Counted from the stretch's first letter, positions 38,613-49,044 are shown. The stretch is DNA of 64,000 nt from an uncultured archaeon (GCA_964347045.1 CAYFXC010000002.1:1-64000), one strand, 5' to 3'. Notes: a model not told the origin generated them from the letters alone. A program made the numbers and translations.

Positions 38613-39116
38613 ATGATACGACGGACAAGAAGCCTCATTTTTTTATCTATCATTCTTGGATCCACTGTCATTTTAGGAATGTCCACATATTACCAAGCAG
38701 ATACCTATCGTGCTTTCAGTTTTAATATAGAAATCACTGAAATTCGCTTGGTTAAAAATGAAACAAGTGGACAGTACCACCGAATCGAAGTACGAATACG
38801 CATGGATAATCCTTCCCAAACAACTTCAATTTTCTTTAAATGGACAGACACGCGTATCTGGCTAAATGGTGACACACTTCGTTACGGTTGGGGCATCAAA
38901 GGACATCAGTTTTTTCTTCAACCCGGCGAATTCTACGAGCTTGGATGGCATTATGCAACCCCTGAAGATGATTGGGTGCAACTTCAGCAAGCAGAATCTA
39001 GTGGAAACTGGAATTGGAATCTTTATCAAGAACCCCTTGTTGAGGCAGGTTTTCTAGGAACCATAGAAGTTATTCGTTTGAATACATTTCAAGGCATTAC
39101 CATCGTTCCCCCCTAA
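38613..39116 (+). CDS. Hypothetical membrane-anchored beta-rich protein
   Basis: N-terminal TM helix then a beta-strand-rich domain. Confidence 0.6.
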   Translation: MIRRTRSLIFLSIILGSTVILGMSTYYQADTYRAFSFNIEITEIRLVKNETSGQYHRIEVRIRMDNPSQTTSIFFKWTDTRIWLNGDTLRYGWGIKGHQFFLQPGEFYELGWHYATPEDDWVQLQQAESSGNWNWNLYQEPLVEAGFLGTIEVIRLNTFQGITIVPP

Positions 39117-39385
39117 TTAGCTAAATAGCTTCTTCGAAGAGAAACTCGATCCATGCTAGGTTGGGGAAGATATCTTTCGGTTAGCCAGAGATATAGTAGA
39201 ATTACTACTGAAAAAAGAATAAGGAGAATTCCAATCCAAGCAATTAGGACTCCAATTACGGTGAAGAAAGAAAGAAGTGTTCCTATAATTACAATAATGA
39301 TGCCAATTAGGATAAACCACTTCAATGTTGGTTTTGTCTCCATTAACGCACGAAAACTCATTTGCCCAGACAATATCTTATACAC
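39113..39385 (-). CDS. Small 2-TM membrane protein
   Basis: Two hydrophobic segments; start uncertain. Confidence 0.5.
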   Translation of the reverse strand: MYKILSGQMSFRALMETKPTLKWFILIGIIIVIIGTLLSFFTVIGVLIAWIGILLILFSVVILLYLWLTERYLPQPSMDRVSLRRSYLAN

Positions 39386-39506
39386 CTTATTTAGCCTGTT
39401 AGGTGTTCTATTTCATTGAACACACTATATTCACTTCCTCTTTAGATAATTTTATTAGTCTTAGCATTTCAGGAGATTCAATAAAAGGTATCTGAAGTGG
39501 AAGAAA

Positions 39507-40529
39507 ATGGGTTTGCGGAATTATTTGATAAAGCGTGTCATTATCGCAATTATCCTTTTTATCGCAGTAGTGATTTTTAATTTCTTTCTATTCCGAATCC
39601 CCGTATTTGTCTTCGGAATTGACCCAGCCATGCTTTATATTCAACCAGGCATGGATCCAAGAGCAATTGAACACATTCGACGCATATACCAACTTCCTCC
39701 GGCTGACGCGACCTGGTTTGACTGGTTTCTCCATTTTATTGCATATATGCGAAATATGTTCACTCTACAATTCGGCACTAGCTTTTCTACAGGTGACCCT
39801 GTTGTTGAAGAGATTATGGAACGCCTTCCCAATACCCTCCTTCTCATGGGAACCGCGATGCTTTTTGCTGTGATATTAGGGGTTGTCACCGGAATTATTG
39901 CTGCGAGTCGACATGGCGGGGCATTGGATACAGGGCTCATTACCTTTAGTTTGACCATGTATAGTTTACCAGTCTTTTGGCTCGGTATGGTCTTTCTCCT
40001 GGCTTTCTCCGTGCTTCCACAAATTTACTTGGGATTTCCCCTTTTCCCGTTAGGACATACCACGAGTGCGCCTGGCTCAATTCCCAATGATCCAATTTCT
40101 TATGCCTTAGACTTGGCTTGGCACTTGGTATTACCTGCTTTGACTTTGACATTAGCGTTTTTCGGGGGATATATGCTACTTATGCGCAACACTCTCGTTG
40201 ATGTCCTAACGGAAGATTACATTCTGACAGCTCGGGCAAAGGGACTTGAAGAACGTACAGTCTTATATAAGCATGGAGTCCGCAACGCCTTTCTGCCACT
40301 CATCTCACTCATTGCCATCAACTTTGCGTTCATCATTAGTGGAGCAGTGCTAACTGAAACTGTTTTCATATGGCTAGGAATGGGTCGACTACTTTACGGA
40401 GCCCTCACTGCAAATGATTGGCCAACAGCCCAAGGGATCTTCTTTATGATAGCCGCCACCGTTATAATAGCAAACATTATTGCGGACATCCTTTATGGTG
40501 TCCTTGATCCCCGAATTAAATACGGATAA
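39507..40529 (+). CDS. oppB: Peptide ABC transporter permease
   Basis: YLIKR, RLPNTLLL, DYILTARAKGL, ETVF, LDPRI. Confidence 0.93.
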   Translation: MGLRNYLIKRVIIAIILFIAVVIFNFFLFRIPVFVFGIDPAMLYIQPGMDPRAIEHIRRIYQLPPADATWFDWFLHFIAYMRNMFTLQFGTSFSTGDPVVEEIMERLPNTLLLMGTAMLFAVILGVVTGIIAASRHGGALDTGLITFSLTMYSLPVFWLGMVFLLAFSVLPQIYLGFPLFPLGHTTSAPGSIPNDPISYALDLAWHLVLPALTLTLAFFGGYMLLMRNTLVDVLTEDYILTARAKGLEERTVLYKHGVRNAFLPLISLIAINFAFIISGAVLTETVFIWLGMGRLLYGALTANDWPTAQGIFFMIAATVIIANIIADILYGVLDPRIKYG

Positions 40530-40985
40530 ATGACGCAAACCCAAAGTCACTGGGAGTTCAGAACTGTGTCCTACAAAAAAAGTCGCATAGTATTTACCGT
40601 ATATGGAATGGTGGGAGCAGTAATCATCACGACAACAATTCTCCATTCAACCTATACCAACATCTTCCCACAAATTACTCAACTAGCTATTGTTCTCCTC
40701 TTTATACCCGCCTTCTTCTTGGGGATAATTTGTATTGAATTCAAAGATGCAATTCTTGCAATGATAGCCACAATGATCATTTCAATTTTTACCCTATCCA
40801 TAACTCGAGCTGCACCCGTTTTTCTAGGTGTAGTCACCCAAGATGTAACGTTTTTTATCATTTCACAATTTGCATTGAGTGTGCCCCTCTTTTTCCCGCT
40901 TGTTCTAATTTTTACCCTAGGCACTACTGCAGGTTTAATTGTTAATGAATTTGTGATTGAGCCCCGAACCAAGGATTTAATTTAA
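40530..40985 (+). CDS. Hypothetical 4-TM membrane protein
   Basis: Abuts the oppB stop codon; four hydrophobic segments. Confidence 0.6.
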   Translation: MTQTQSHWEFRTVSYKKSRIVFTVYGMVGAVIITTTILHSTYTNIFPQITQLAIVLLFIPAFFLGIICIEFKDAILAMIATMIISIFTLSITRAAPVFLGVVTQDVTFFIISQFALSVPLFFPLVLIFTLGTTAGLIVNEFVIEPRTKDLI

Positions 40986-41025
40986 TTTATATTACGCTAC
41001 TCTGAAAATTAGAAGAATAAGTGAT

Positions 41026-41337
41026 TTGGAAATGACTGAAAAACGGAAGGTGAAAGTGGTTTATCGGCGATGGACCATCCTAGTCCCGATTATCTTGTTG
41101 ATTAGTGGCACCATTCTTATGTTCAGTTTTTGGTCAATTAACACAATCATTGCTCTTTTTGGGGGAATGTTAATTTTCATAGGAGTGCTTTCCTTAGGAC
41201 TTCTTCTGGTTATGATGATATCCCTTGAAGTTAGCTCACGATCACTACAACGTCAACGTCCTGTACCACCACCTTTGAGTGAAGATCTAAAACACGCGGA
41301 AAATGAAAAAGAAACAGACGCCCAAACTGAAAAATAG
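41026..41337 (+). CDS. Small 2-TM membrane protein
   Basis: Two TM helices and a charged tail. Confidence 0.55.
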   Translation: MEMTEKRKVKVVYRRWTILVPIILLISGTILMFSFWSINTIIALFGGMLIFIGVLSLGLLLVMMISLEVSSRSLQRQRPVPPPLSEDLKHAENEKETDAQTEK

Positions 41338-41510
41338 AACACTTAGATCCTTATGAAATAGGGTTTCAAGCCAATTCTCCTTATTCCGAGGGGGCCAACC
41401 CTAGGTGTACTCGCCCCAACCATAGTGTATATATAGCTCCTTAGAGGAAGAAGTCTGACCTTTAGCGGCAGTGCTGAATTGCAAGGCCGCAAGGGTAGTA
41501 AACGGAAGGA

Positions 41511-43451
41511 ATGAATTCCGAATTGACAAAATTAAGAAAAATTACTTTAGTGACAGCTATTGCACTAGTGGGTCTCTTTCTATCTCTTGCGTATATCACA
41601 CCCCAAAATGCTTCAGTCCGGGCTACCTGGACCTATGCTAGCGGGTATGATCCTCACGGTGGTTACGTTGATCGAATAACTTTCGTCGTCTATCCATCTG
41701 AGGATATTGCACAAGCACTGCTTGCTCTGCAAGCAAATCAGGTGTATTCATACGACGAACGAATTCCACACCAGTCAGTGGCTGAACTCGATGCGGATCC
41801 TGACATTGAGGTAACCTCTATTCAGGGCGCCATTTACCGACAATTTACCATGCAATGCCAACGATTCCCCACCAACATTACCGGGTATCGGTTTGCATTA
41901 AACCAAGCCCTTGATAAACCACTCGTGGTTGCGAACGCGCGGGGTGGGTTTGCTGAACCCATGGACAGCGCTATTCCCCTACCTTATGCATTCTGGGAAT
42001 ATGAATCCCAAATGACCTCGCACTTTTATGCCTCTGACATCGCAGGTGCTAACGCAACCCTCGATGCTGCGGACATCATCACCGATGCAACCTACGATGC
42101 CGCATTTCCAGCGGAGGCCGGTTGGCGGTTCTACGATGCCAACGGGAACGGTGTCTGGGATGCCGGTGTCGATAAGGCTGGTCATATTGCTGCGCCCGAT
42201 GGTTTGGCGATTGAATTGTGGGCTTCTGCTGGTTATGACCCAGCTATCCAAGCTGTTACCGTAATGGTTGACAACATGGAATCATGTGGTCTCCACGGTA
42301 CCGTGGTTGAAGTGGACTTCAACGCCTTAATTGCGGGCCTTATTACCGGTGAATACAGTCTTGGTTGTTTCAGCTGGAACATCACCCCTCCAGGTGAACC
42401 ATTCCTACTCTACGACTTCTTCCACACCTTAGGAAGCAGCAATGGCCTCTTTTACCGATTCAACAACTCTGAATATGACTACAACGCTACCCAGTTTACA
42501 TTAGCCCCAACACGGTTGGAGGCGCGGAACTGGGCTTGGAATTGTAGTGCAATTCTGATCCAAGAGATGCCGATGATTGTCTGTTACAACGACGAGTACA
42601 CCCATGCGTACCGCACGGATATTTGGGAAGGATACGTACCTCAGGTTGCTATTAACCGGATGGGAGGTCAACCTTACACCTATCATCAAATCCGTCTAAC
42701 GGAAGAGGCTGGTGGTCCCTTTGGTTGTTTCCCGACTGACTACGTCACCGTGCTCTCTGAGGGTATGGACTACACCAACTACATTCAAAGCGATTCAGGC
42801 TACACACTGACTGTTATGGGCCTCATTTACGAAGCCCTTTGGGCCGTCGATCCCTTGGATCCAGATCAAGGTCTTGGACCCGCTCTTGCATACAACTGGA
42901 CCATTGAAGATACTGTCGCTTCAGGCGACATTGAAGATGGAAAGCTATTTACATTCCATCTGTATGAAAATGTCACTTGGCACGATGGTACACCCTTCAC
43001 CTCTGAGGATGTTCAATACAGTTTCATGAATATCCAACCATGGTCCCCACCAAGAGCAGCCAATCTACTAGAGATTTACCGCGTTGATGCACCCGATGAC
43101 TATACGGTTGAAATTTATTCAAACAGCTCTGGTTACATCGAATTCACTCGAGCAACAGGAGCGATAATTCTGCCCAAGCACATCTGGGAACCATATGAAG
43201 CGGGTAACTTCACGTGGAGCCCTGAAACCCCCTTCGATATGTCGGGGACAGGACCCTTCAAGTGGGTAACCCGTGTAACTGGACAGTACATCATCTTGGA
43301 TCGCAATGAAAACTGGCACTTTGGTGTTGTACACCCTGACCGACCGCCGTGCCCAACTCCAACTAATCCATTGCTCATTATCGGTATCGCTGTTGTGGTG
43401 ATCGTCGTCATCATCATCGCAGGTGTCTACTTCTTCAGAATCAGAAAGTAA
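41511..43451 (+). CDS. oppA: Peptide ABC transporter substrate-binding protein with C-terminal TM anchor
   Basis: Signal peptide, TWHDGTPFTSEDVQYS, ILPKHIW, GTGPF, C-terminal TM helix followed by RIRK. Confidence 0.9.
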   Translation: MNSELTKLRKITLVTAIALVGLFLSLAYITPQNASVRATWTYASGYDPHGGYVDRITFVVYPSEDIAQALLALQANQVYSYDERIPHQSVAELDADPDIEVTSIQGAIYRQFTMQCQRFPTNITGYRFALNQALDKPLVVANARGGFAEPMDSAIPLPYAFWEYESQMTSHFYASDIAGANATLDAADIITDATYDAAFPAEAGWRFYDANGNGVWDAGVDKAGHIAAPDGLAIELWASAGYDPAIQAVTVMVDNMESCGLHGTVVEVDFNALIAGLITGEYSLGCFSWNITPPGEPFLLYDFFHTLGSSNGLFYRFNNSEYDYNATQFTLAPTRLEARNWAWNCSAILIQEMPMIVCYNDEYTHAYRTDIWEGYVPQVAINRMGGQPYTYHQIRLTEEAGGPFGCFPTDYVTVLSEGMDYTNYIQSDSGYTLTVMGLIYEALWAVDPLDPDQGLGPALAYNWTIEDTVASGDIEDGKLFTFHLYENVTWHDGTPFTSEDVQYSFMNIQPWSPPRAANLLEIYRVDAPDDYTVEIYSNSSGYIEFTRATGAIILPKHIWEPYEAGNFTWSPETPFDMSGTGPFKWVTRVTGQYIILDRNENWHFGVVHPDRPPCPTPTNPLLIIGIAVVVIVVIIIAGVYFFRIRK

Positions 43452-43461
43452 GCTAAACGAA

Positions 43462-43481
43462 TGTAGGGCTTCGGCCCTACA
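43462..43481 (+). terminator. Hairpin with C(UUCG)G tetraloop after oppA
   Basis: TGTAGGGC-TTCG-GCCCTACA, perfect 8-bp stem, followed by a T7 tract. Confidence 0.75.
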
Positions 43482-43499
43482 ACCCCTATTTTTTTCAAG

Positions 43500-44372
43500 G
43501 TGAATTCGATGAGTGTTGAATTTGATAAACGGCGGTTTCTTACAATAACAGCTCAAGTTGCCATTGCGTGCCTTTATGGCGGAATACTGGCGTTTATTCT
43601 TCTCAGCACGACAGAGCTCTCCTATCTCTCTCTGGCAGCAGCCTATCCCTTTCCGTTAAATATTTACATGGTGTTAATTTACGCAGGAATCGGTTTAGGC
43701 ATCGTCTTTATTCTCAATCTGTTTTTCCGATTCTCCTCAATACGACCAGATCGCCTTTTTGTATCCGTGCTCCTTTCGCCACTTCTGTTTCTTGCCACGT
43801 TAATCGTTGGTCATATCATTCTGTTATTTTTTTTACAAGGTGTTGAAAATCTGTTTCTGTATACAATGGTTGCGTTCGCTTCAATTTATTTCTCTATGTT
43901 TGCCATTCTTTTCATTATACTTGACATGCTTCCAACGTGGGGTAAACAGATCATGGTTATCTGGTATGGTGGCAGCATCGGAGCTTTCCTGGGTGTGGCT
44001 ATTCCCACGCTTCCCCTCTTTGTTTTGTTTGTTGCATTAGCTGCCATTGATATCTTCTCGGCTCAAGCGGTTCAACCGGACTGGTATAAGCGTGTTGACG
44101 GAATGGACTTCTTGGGTACCATGCTTGGTGGGACATTCATGGGTGTTGGCGATATCGTCTCGTATTCTGCAATTGTCGCACATTCTTTGGTCTATTTCGG
44201 TCTAATCGTTGCCATTATTTCAACCCTCATGCTTTTTCTTGGAGTAGCTGTATTAGTCGCATTATTTCAAAGACGAATTGAAAAACCGATACCTGGACTC
44301 ATCGTTGTCATATTTGGAATCATCCCGTGGATTCCAGCAATCATCATTGGAATTCTTACTGGCACAGGCTAG
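43500..44372 (+). CDS. Presenilin/SPP-like GxGD intramembrane aspartyl protease (A22)
   Basis: About 9 TM helices; LAAIDIF (YD-like), FMGVGDIVSY (GxGD), PIPGL (PAL-like). Confidence 0.75.
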   Translation: MNSMSVEFDKRRFLTITAQVAIACLYGGILAFILLSTTELSYLSLAAAYPFPLNIYMVLIYAGIGLGIVFILNLFFRFSSIRPDRLFVSVLLSPLLFLATLIVGHIILLFFLQGVENLFLYTMVAFASIYFSMFAILFIILDMLPTWGKQIMVIWYGGSIGAFLGVAIPTLPLFVLFVALAAIDIFSAQAVQPDWYKRVDGMDFLGTMLGGTFMGVGDIVSYSAIVAHSLVYFGLIVAIISTLMLFLGVAVLVALFQRRIEKPIPGLIVVIFGIIPWIPAIIIGILTGTG

Positions 44373-44502
44373 TCTACGGTATCAAATGGGCTGAATAATT
44401 TTTGAGATATTGGTTTCAGTATTTTACATAAACCATTTTTCTTGTGAGCAGCATCAAGCTGACCTGAATCAGGCAAAGAGATTCTTATCGGGAAGATAAT
44501 GA

Positions 44503-45735
44503 TTATGCAAACGGCCAACGATTGAGAGCTTCATCAAGTTCTATATGTGATTTGGCATATTCTTCAAGGGATTGTCCAGCCATAGTGGCATCCACAGCCA
44601 TGCGCATCGCCATTGCACCAACTCTGGTTCCTCGGGGATGACCGTGGATGCCTCCACCCGCCTGAATAATAAAATCTACTCCGAATATATCAATGAGTGA
44701 AGGAACATGACGGGGATGTAGCCCACCAGAAGCGACGGGTAATGTGGGTTTCAAATTTGCAAGTGGTTCTTTGCATTTGCGAATATTGATTTCAACTTCT
44801 TCTCGGTCTTCAGACATCTTTCCAACTGCTGTCCCCACATGTAACTGGTCAATCCCAAGCAACCGTGAAGCTGTCACAATGACAGGCATAGCTATTCCAT
44901 GGTTGGGAAGTTTGGTGAATGCGGCATGCATAGCGCGATGTCCATGTAAAATCAAGTTAAACCCTTGTTTCCGGAGAGTTGCGACCGCCGAATAGCCACA
45001 GGTCAGAATATCGATCATGGCTACGCGACCTCCATGGTCTTCCACAAATTGAGCCCGCCGTAGCATTTCTTTTGTTTCTGCTGTAACATTAATCAAGTAA
45101 ACTTTTTTATCGCCCGTTTCGTCTTCAGCCCGATCTCGTTGATCTAAGGTGGTCACGACTCGTTCTTCGAAGGGATTAAACTTCTGACTGGCAAGATTTT
45201 CATCATCTTTGACTACATCACACCCCCCGGCCCACGCATCAAAAGCAACTTTAGCATGATCTTTGGTGCGTAATCCAAGTTTAGGTTTCACAATGGTTCC
45301 AATAAGCGGTCGTTTAACAACCTTAACTGTATCCCGGATACCTTTAATACCGTAGGCGGGCCCTGGAAAACTTTGAATCAATTTCTTTGGAAAATGAATA
45401 TCGAGCAATCGAAGGTATTGAATATCTCCCAAACCAAATACATTCCCAGCAACAGAACTCATGATATTTGGAAGGTTGCCCGGTTCAAAGAGTTCAATGG
45501 GATAGGCAACATGAGCAATATTATCGTTGAGTTTAAAGACAGACGCGGCGAGTTTTTTCATATATGGCTTCTCAGTAGTTAATTCCGTCCAAGTACCTAT
45601 TGAGCTTTCAGCCGCCACGCCCCCAGCAGCCCATTCCATGCTCTTACTGGGATCGCGCAGTTCAATTCGAAAAGTGCAAATAGTGTCACTGACCGCAGGT
45701 TTGTATTTGGGATTGTAAAAATCCTCATATTTCAT
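44503..45735 (-). CDS. rbcL: Form III RuBisCO large subunit
   Basis: AAESSIGTW, GTIVKPKLG, DVVKDDENL, HGHRAMHAA, VGKM, SGGLHP, GGGIHGHP. ATG 45735 follows GGAGG. Confidence 0.95.
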   Translation of the reverse strand: MKYEDFYNPKYKPAVSDTICTFRIELRDPSKSMEWAAGGVAAESSIGTWTELTTEKPYMKKLAASVFKLNDNIAHVAYPIELFEPGNLPNIMSSVAGNVFGLGDIQYLRLLDIHFPKKLIQSFPGPAYGIKGIRDTVKVVKRPLIGTIVKPKLGLRTKDHAKVAFDAWAGGCDVVKDDENLASQKFNPFEERVVTTLDQRDRAEDETGDKKVYLINVTAETKEMLRRAQFVEDHGGRVAMIDILTCGYSAVATLRKQGFNLILHGHRAMHAAFTKLPNHGIAMPVIVTASRLLGIDQLHVGTAVGKMSEDREEVEINIRKCKEPLANLKPTLPVASGGLHPRHVPSLIDIFGVDFIIQAGGGIHGHPRGTRVGAMAMRMAVDATMAGQSLEEYAKSHIELDEALNRWPFA

Positions 45736-45820
45736 TTGACTACCTCCAAATGTTTGAAACAATGTATAAGGAATTGTAATTAGTTGACCTAAAATCATTC
45801 TCTTTGTCAAGTTCAAAAAA

Positions 45821-46729
45821 TCAACCTATTCCTACAGCCAAAACCGTGAGAATAATTCCGATAACACAAGCAATGATGGCGATGAGTGTTGGCACATCAA
45901 AGTGTTCTTGTAGACTTCGCCAACCAATTATTGCTGCAAATAGCGGGGTTAACGAAGAGAGTAGAGCAACAGATGTTGTATCCATCAATTGGAGCGCCAA
46001 AGCAAAAGCAAGATAGCCCAATGTGAGAGCAAAAAGCCCTCCAAGACTCAAATAGATGAGTTTCTGGCGGGTTAGCGATTCTGCACCTTTGATAACTCGT
46101 TGTCCTAGGACGAGTGGAGTTAGGATGGCTAGAGCAATAAGCAGTCGGACCATTGCCACTATTACGAGATTGGTTGTTTGCAGAACGGAAGAAAGGAACA
46201 AGATACTAATACTCCAACTAATCGCAGTAGCAATAGCGGCACTGATTCCAATCCACATTTTTCGACGCGTGATAACATTCTCAGATTGCGCAGAGATATT
46301 CAACTGCCGACTGAGTAATGCAACTCCAGCTACTGTTATCATCGCGGCGGGAAACATGAGTAGATGCAAAGGTTGTGCCAAAAAAAGAATCTGCCAAAGG
46401 AGTACAAAAAGTGGATACGTAGCCGTGATGGGCACTCCACGACTAACGCCGATATTTTGAATTGTTACAAAATAGAGGACATCTCCCACAACAAAAGCCA
46501 ACAAACTACTCCCAACAATCAAGAAAAGATCCAATGAAGTGAGAAATAGAATCTGTGAGTAGAAACCAAGAATCAAGGCACCCAATGATAGCATAAGAAG
46601 TGGAAGAAGAATTCGGATTAGATTGGCAGTGAGCGGTGACACATCTTTTGCGCCTGTCTTATAGAAGGCGGCGCTGACAGCCCAAGAAAATGCGGCAATA
46701 AGTGCAGCGACGACGCCAATAAGTAGCAT
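45821..46729 (-). CDS. DMT/EamA family transporter
   Basis: Two repeats of 5 TM helices; GDVLYF..IGVSR, LTPLFA. Confidence 0.88.
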   Translation of the reverse strand: MLLIGVVAALIAAFSWAVSAAFYKTGAKDVSPLTANLIRILLPLLMLSLGALILGFYSQILFLTSLDLFLIVGSSLLAFVVGDVLYFVTIQNIGVSRGVPITATYPLFVLLWQILFLAQPLHLLMFPAAMITVAGVALLSRQLNISAQSENVITRRKMWIGISAAIATAISWSISILFLSSVLQTTNLVIVAMVRLLIALAILTPLVLGQRVIKGAESLTRQKLIYLSLGGLFALTLGYLAFALALQLMDTTSVALLSSLTPLFAAIIGWRSLQEHFDVPTLIAIIACVIGIILTVLAVGIG

Positions 46730-46831
46730 ATAATTTCGGCTTCCATCCCTTCTTCCTCCCTTTTACCTTTATCCTCCAACACACAGAGTTTTTATCAATC
46801 TATGAACCATCACAAACAAGTAGGTGATTAA

Positions 46832-47254
46832 ATGACAACGTATACAGGTGAGTTTCAGTTAGACACCCAAGGTGAACCCGATATTATCGATGTTACTCCA
46901 CTAGTCGAACAGCACGTAAAAAAAAGCGGGATTAAAACTGGCCTAGTCACTGTCTTTTGTACAGGTTCTACTGCAGCTGTGACGACCATTGAATACGAGC
47001 CAGGACTGCTCAAAGATTTACCTGACTCAATGGAAAGGTTTGCACCCCGCAATGCTGTTTATGAACATCATCTTCGGTGGCAAGATGGAAATGGTCATAG
47101 TCATGTCAGGGCCGCAATCATTGGTCCAAGCCTAACGATTCCAATAATGAAAGGAAAAATACCCCTGGGTACATGGCAACAAATCGCCATTCTGGAATTA
47201 GATGTCCGCCCGCGTTCTCGGAATATAATCGTTCAAGCCGTTGGTGAGAAATAG
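46832..47254 (+). CDS. yjbQ: YjbQ family protein
   Basis: GSTAAVTTIEYEPG, NGHSH, LGTWQ. Confidence 0.92.
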   Translation: MTTYTGEFQLDTQGEPDIIDVTPLVEQHVKKSGIKTGLVTVFCTGSTAAVTTIEYEPGLLKDLPDSMERFAPRNAVYEHHLRWQDGNGHSHVRAAIIGPSLTIPIMKGKIPLGTWQQIAILELDVRPRSRNIIVQAVGEK

Positions 47255-47261
47255 GTTAATG

Positions 47262-48044
47262 CTATTTCTGTCCTTTTCCAAGATAAATGCCCTGAGGATC
47301 AAGTTCACGGAGTTTTTCTAATTGCTGAATGGTCGGCTCAGCTGTAGTAGGAACATCATCAGGGATTATTAAATCGAACATAACATTTCTTTTAACCCAG
47401 TCAACTGTCACACCGGGATGAACTGATTTCAATCGAATGCGTTTTGTTTTAGGGTCAAAATCCATCTGGCACATATCAGTAACCACCATTGAGGGGCCAC
47501 CACCAATCAACCCAAGTTTCTCTCTGCTTCCCGGACCAGAGAGGTGACCCGGGCTAGTAAGGTAGTCAAGTTTTTTCACGAATTTCCGAGCATCATGTCT
47601 AAACATAAGTATTACGCGACTAGCAGAACTTGCAATATCATTTCCACCACCACTCCCTGGTAAGCGAACCTTCGGAGCTTCAAAATCTCCGATATAAGAA
47701 GTATTGATGTTTCCATATTCGTCGATTTGTGCAGCGCCCAGAAAACCCACATCTACTCGACCTCGCATCATTAGGAAGCCCAACGTTTCAATGAGTCCTA
47801 TTGATGCGGCAGCACGATAACCCAATCGTGAATCTGCGACAGATAATGCGAGGTCTTTGTTTTGAGTGTCAACATTCCCCCCTTCATAGATGATTATTGC
47901 ATTTGGAGCATGTGTCACTTTTGCAAGCATAGCACCAAGAACCGGAAGACCAGTTCCTGCAAACACTCGTTCACCATCTTGCACCGCATGAGCACCACAA
48001 ATAGCCATCAACTCCGTTGAAGTATAATCAACCATACCAACCAC
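47262..48044 (-). CDS. gctB: Family I CoA-transferase beta subunit (glutaconate CoA-transferase-like)
   Basis: GTGLP, GFLGAAQIDEYGNINTS, RLPGSGGGND. Confidence 0.88.
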   Translation of the reverse strand: MVGMVDYTSTELMAICGAHAVQDGERVFAGTGLPVLGAMLAKVTHAPNAIIIYEGGNVDTQNKDLALSVADSRLGYRAAASIGLIETLGFLMMRGRVDVGFLGAAQIDEYGNINTSYIGDFEAPKVRLPGSGGGNDIASSASRVILMFRHDARKFVKKLDYLTSPGHLSGPGSREKLGLIGGGPSMVVTDMCQMDFDPKTKRIRLKSVHPGVTVDWVKRNVMFDLIIPDDVPTTAEPTIQQLEKLRELDPQGIYLGKGQK

Positions 48045-48050
48045 ATCTCA

Positions 48051-48962
48051 TTAATAGCCATATCGCGGATCCGCACGAAGCTCTTTCAATCGTTGCGATC
48101 CAATTTTTTTCAGTAACCCTTCGTGACTTTCGACACTAAGAATCCATTCACCCAAGTATTCTTGCCAACCTTCCTCCGTTTTACATTGTTGAACGTAATA
48201 CTGTAAATGAGGCAAATCGTAGTCATACATGCCGAATACCTGCATGGGCCAACTAGCAAAAGGAAGTTCTACGACATAATCCACATAAAGACTAGGAATC
48301 ATGGTTTTGTCCGAATTTTGGCGAATCTCTTCATTCGAAATGATTTTCTCGACAAAGACAATAGACTTCTTTGCACAGCGAGCAATTTCGTTATCTTCAC
48401 CTTTAATCCCAAAAATCTGGACGTTCCCTGACTGGTCCGCCTTCTGTGCGCAGATTACCCCAAAATCTGCTTGAATAGACGGTAAGAGAGTAATTGGTAT
48501 ACCTGTAAAGGGACAATCAATCACCTTGGCTTTATTTTTCCTAAGGCTGGTTTTTTCCAACATATCCGTTCCAATCATATGCCGAATCGGCATGAATGGA
48601 ACATTTAAGGCCCCACCTAAAAACCGTAATGCCATCGCAAGGTTCGAATAATCTTCGAATTTCACTTTGCCTTCTTTTGATCGTCGTCGGAGATTTGGAG
48701 CAAGACCTAAAGCCTCAATGGCAAAAAAAGCGACTTCGAATTCGAAGCACACTTCAGAACCAACGAGAATGTCTAAATCATGTTCTGAACCACAAGTGTA
48801 AATCCGGAGATCACGCTTCTTTTGTCGGATAAGTTCCATGGCAAAAGCTTCAGGGGGCCGTTGGTATCCGAAGCCACCCCAGGCGATATGGGCACCGTCA
48901 TGGACTTTTTTAGTAACTTCTTCAAGACTGATTCGTTTGTCTTCGATTGCGGCCTCAGTCAA
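48051..48962 (-). CDS. gctA: Family I CoA-transferase alpha subunit
   Basis: GGFGYQRPP, EDYSN, VPFMP, GTDM, CPFTG, ADQSGNV. Confidence 0.88.
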   Translation of the reverse strand: MTEAAIEDKRISLEEVTKKVHDGAHIAWGGFGYQRPPEAFAMELIRQKKRDLRIYTCGSEHDLDILVGSEVCFEFEVAFFAIEALGLAPNLRRRSKEGKVKFEDYSNLAMALRFLGGALNVPFMPIRHMIGTDMLEKTSLRKNKAKVIDCPFTGIPITLLPSIQADFGVICAQKADQSGNVQIFGIKGEDNEIARCAKKSIVFVEKIISNEEIRQNSDKTMIPSLYVDYVVELPFASWPMQVFGMYDYDLPHLQYYVQQCKTEEGWQEYLGEWILSVESHEGLLKKIGSQRLKELRADPRYGY

Positions 48963-49044
48963 TGATGTTCACCATGATTTGATTTCACAAAGATTGCTTA
49001 AGGTCTTAAAGGCTTACATCCGTCTAATACCGCATTTTTTTAAA

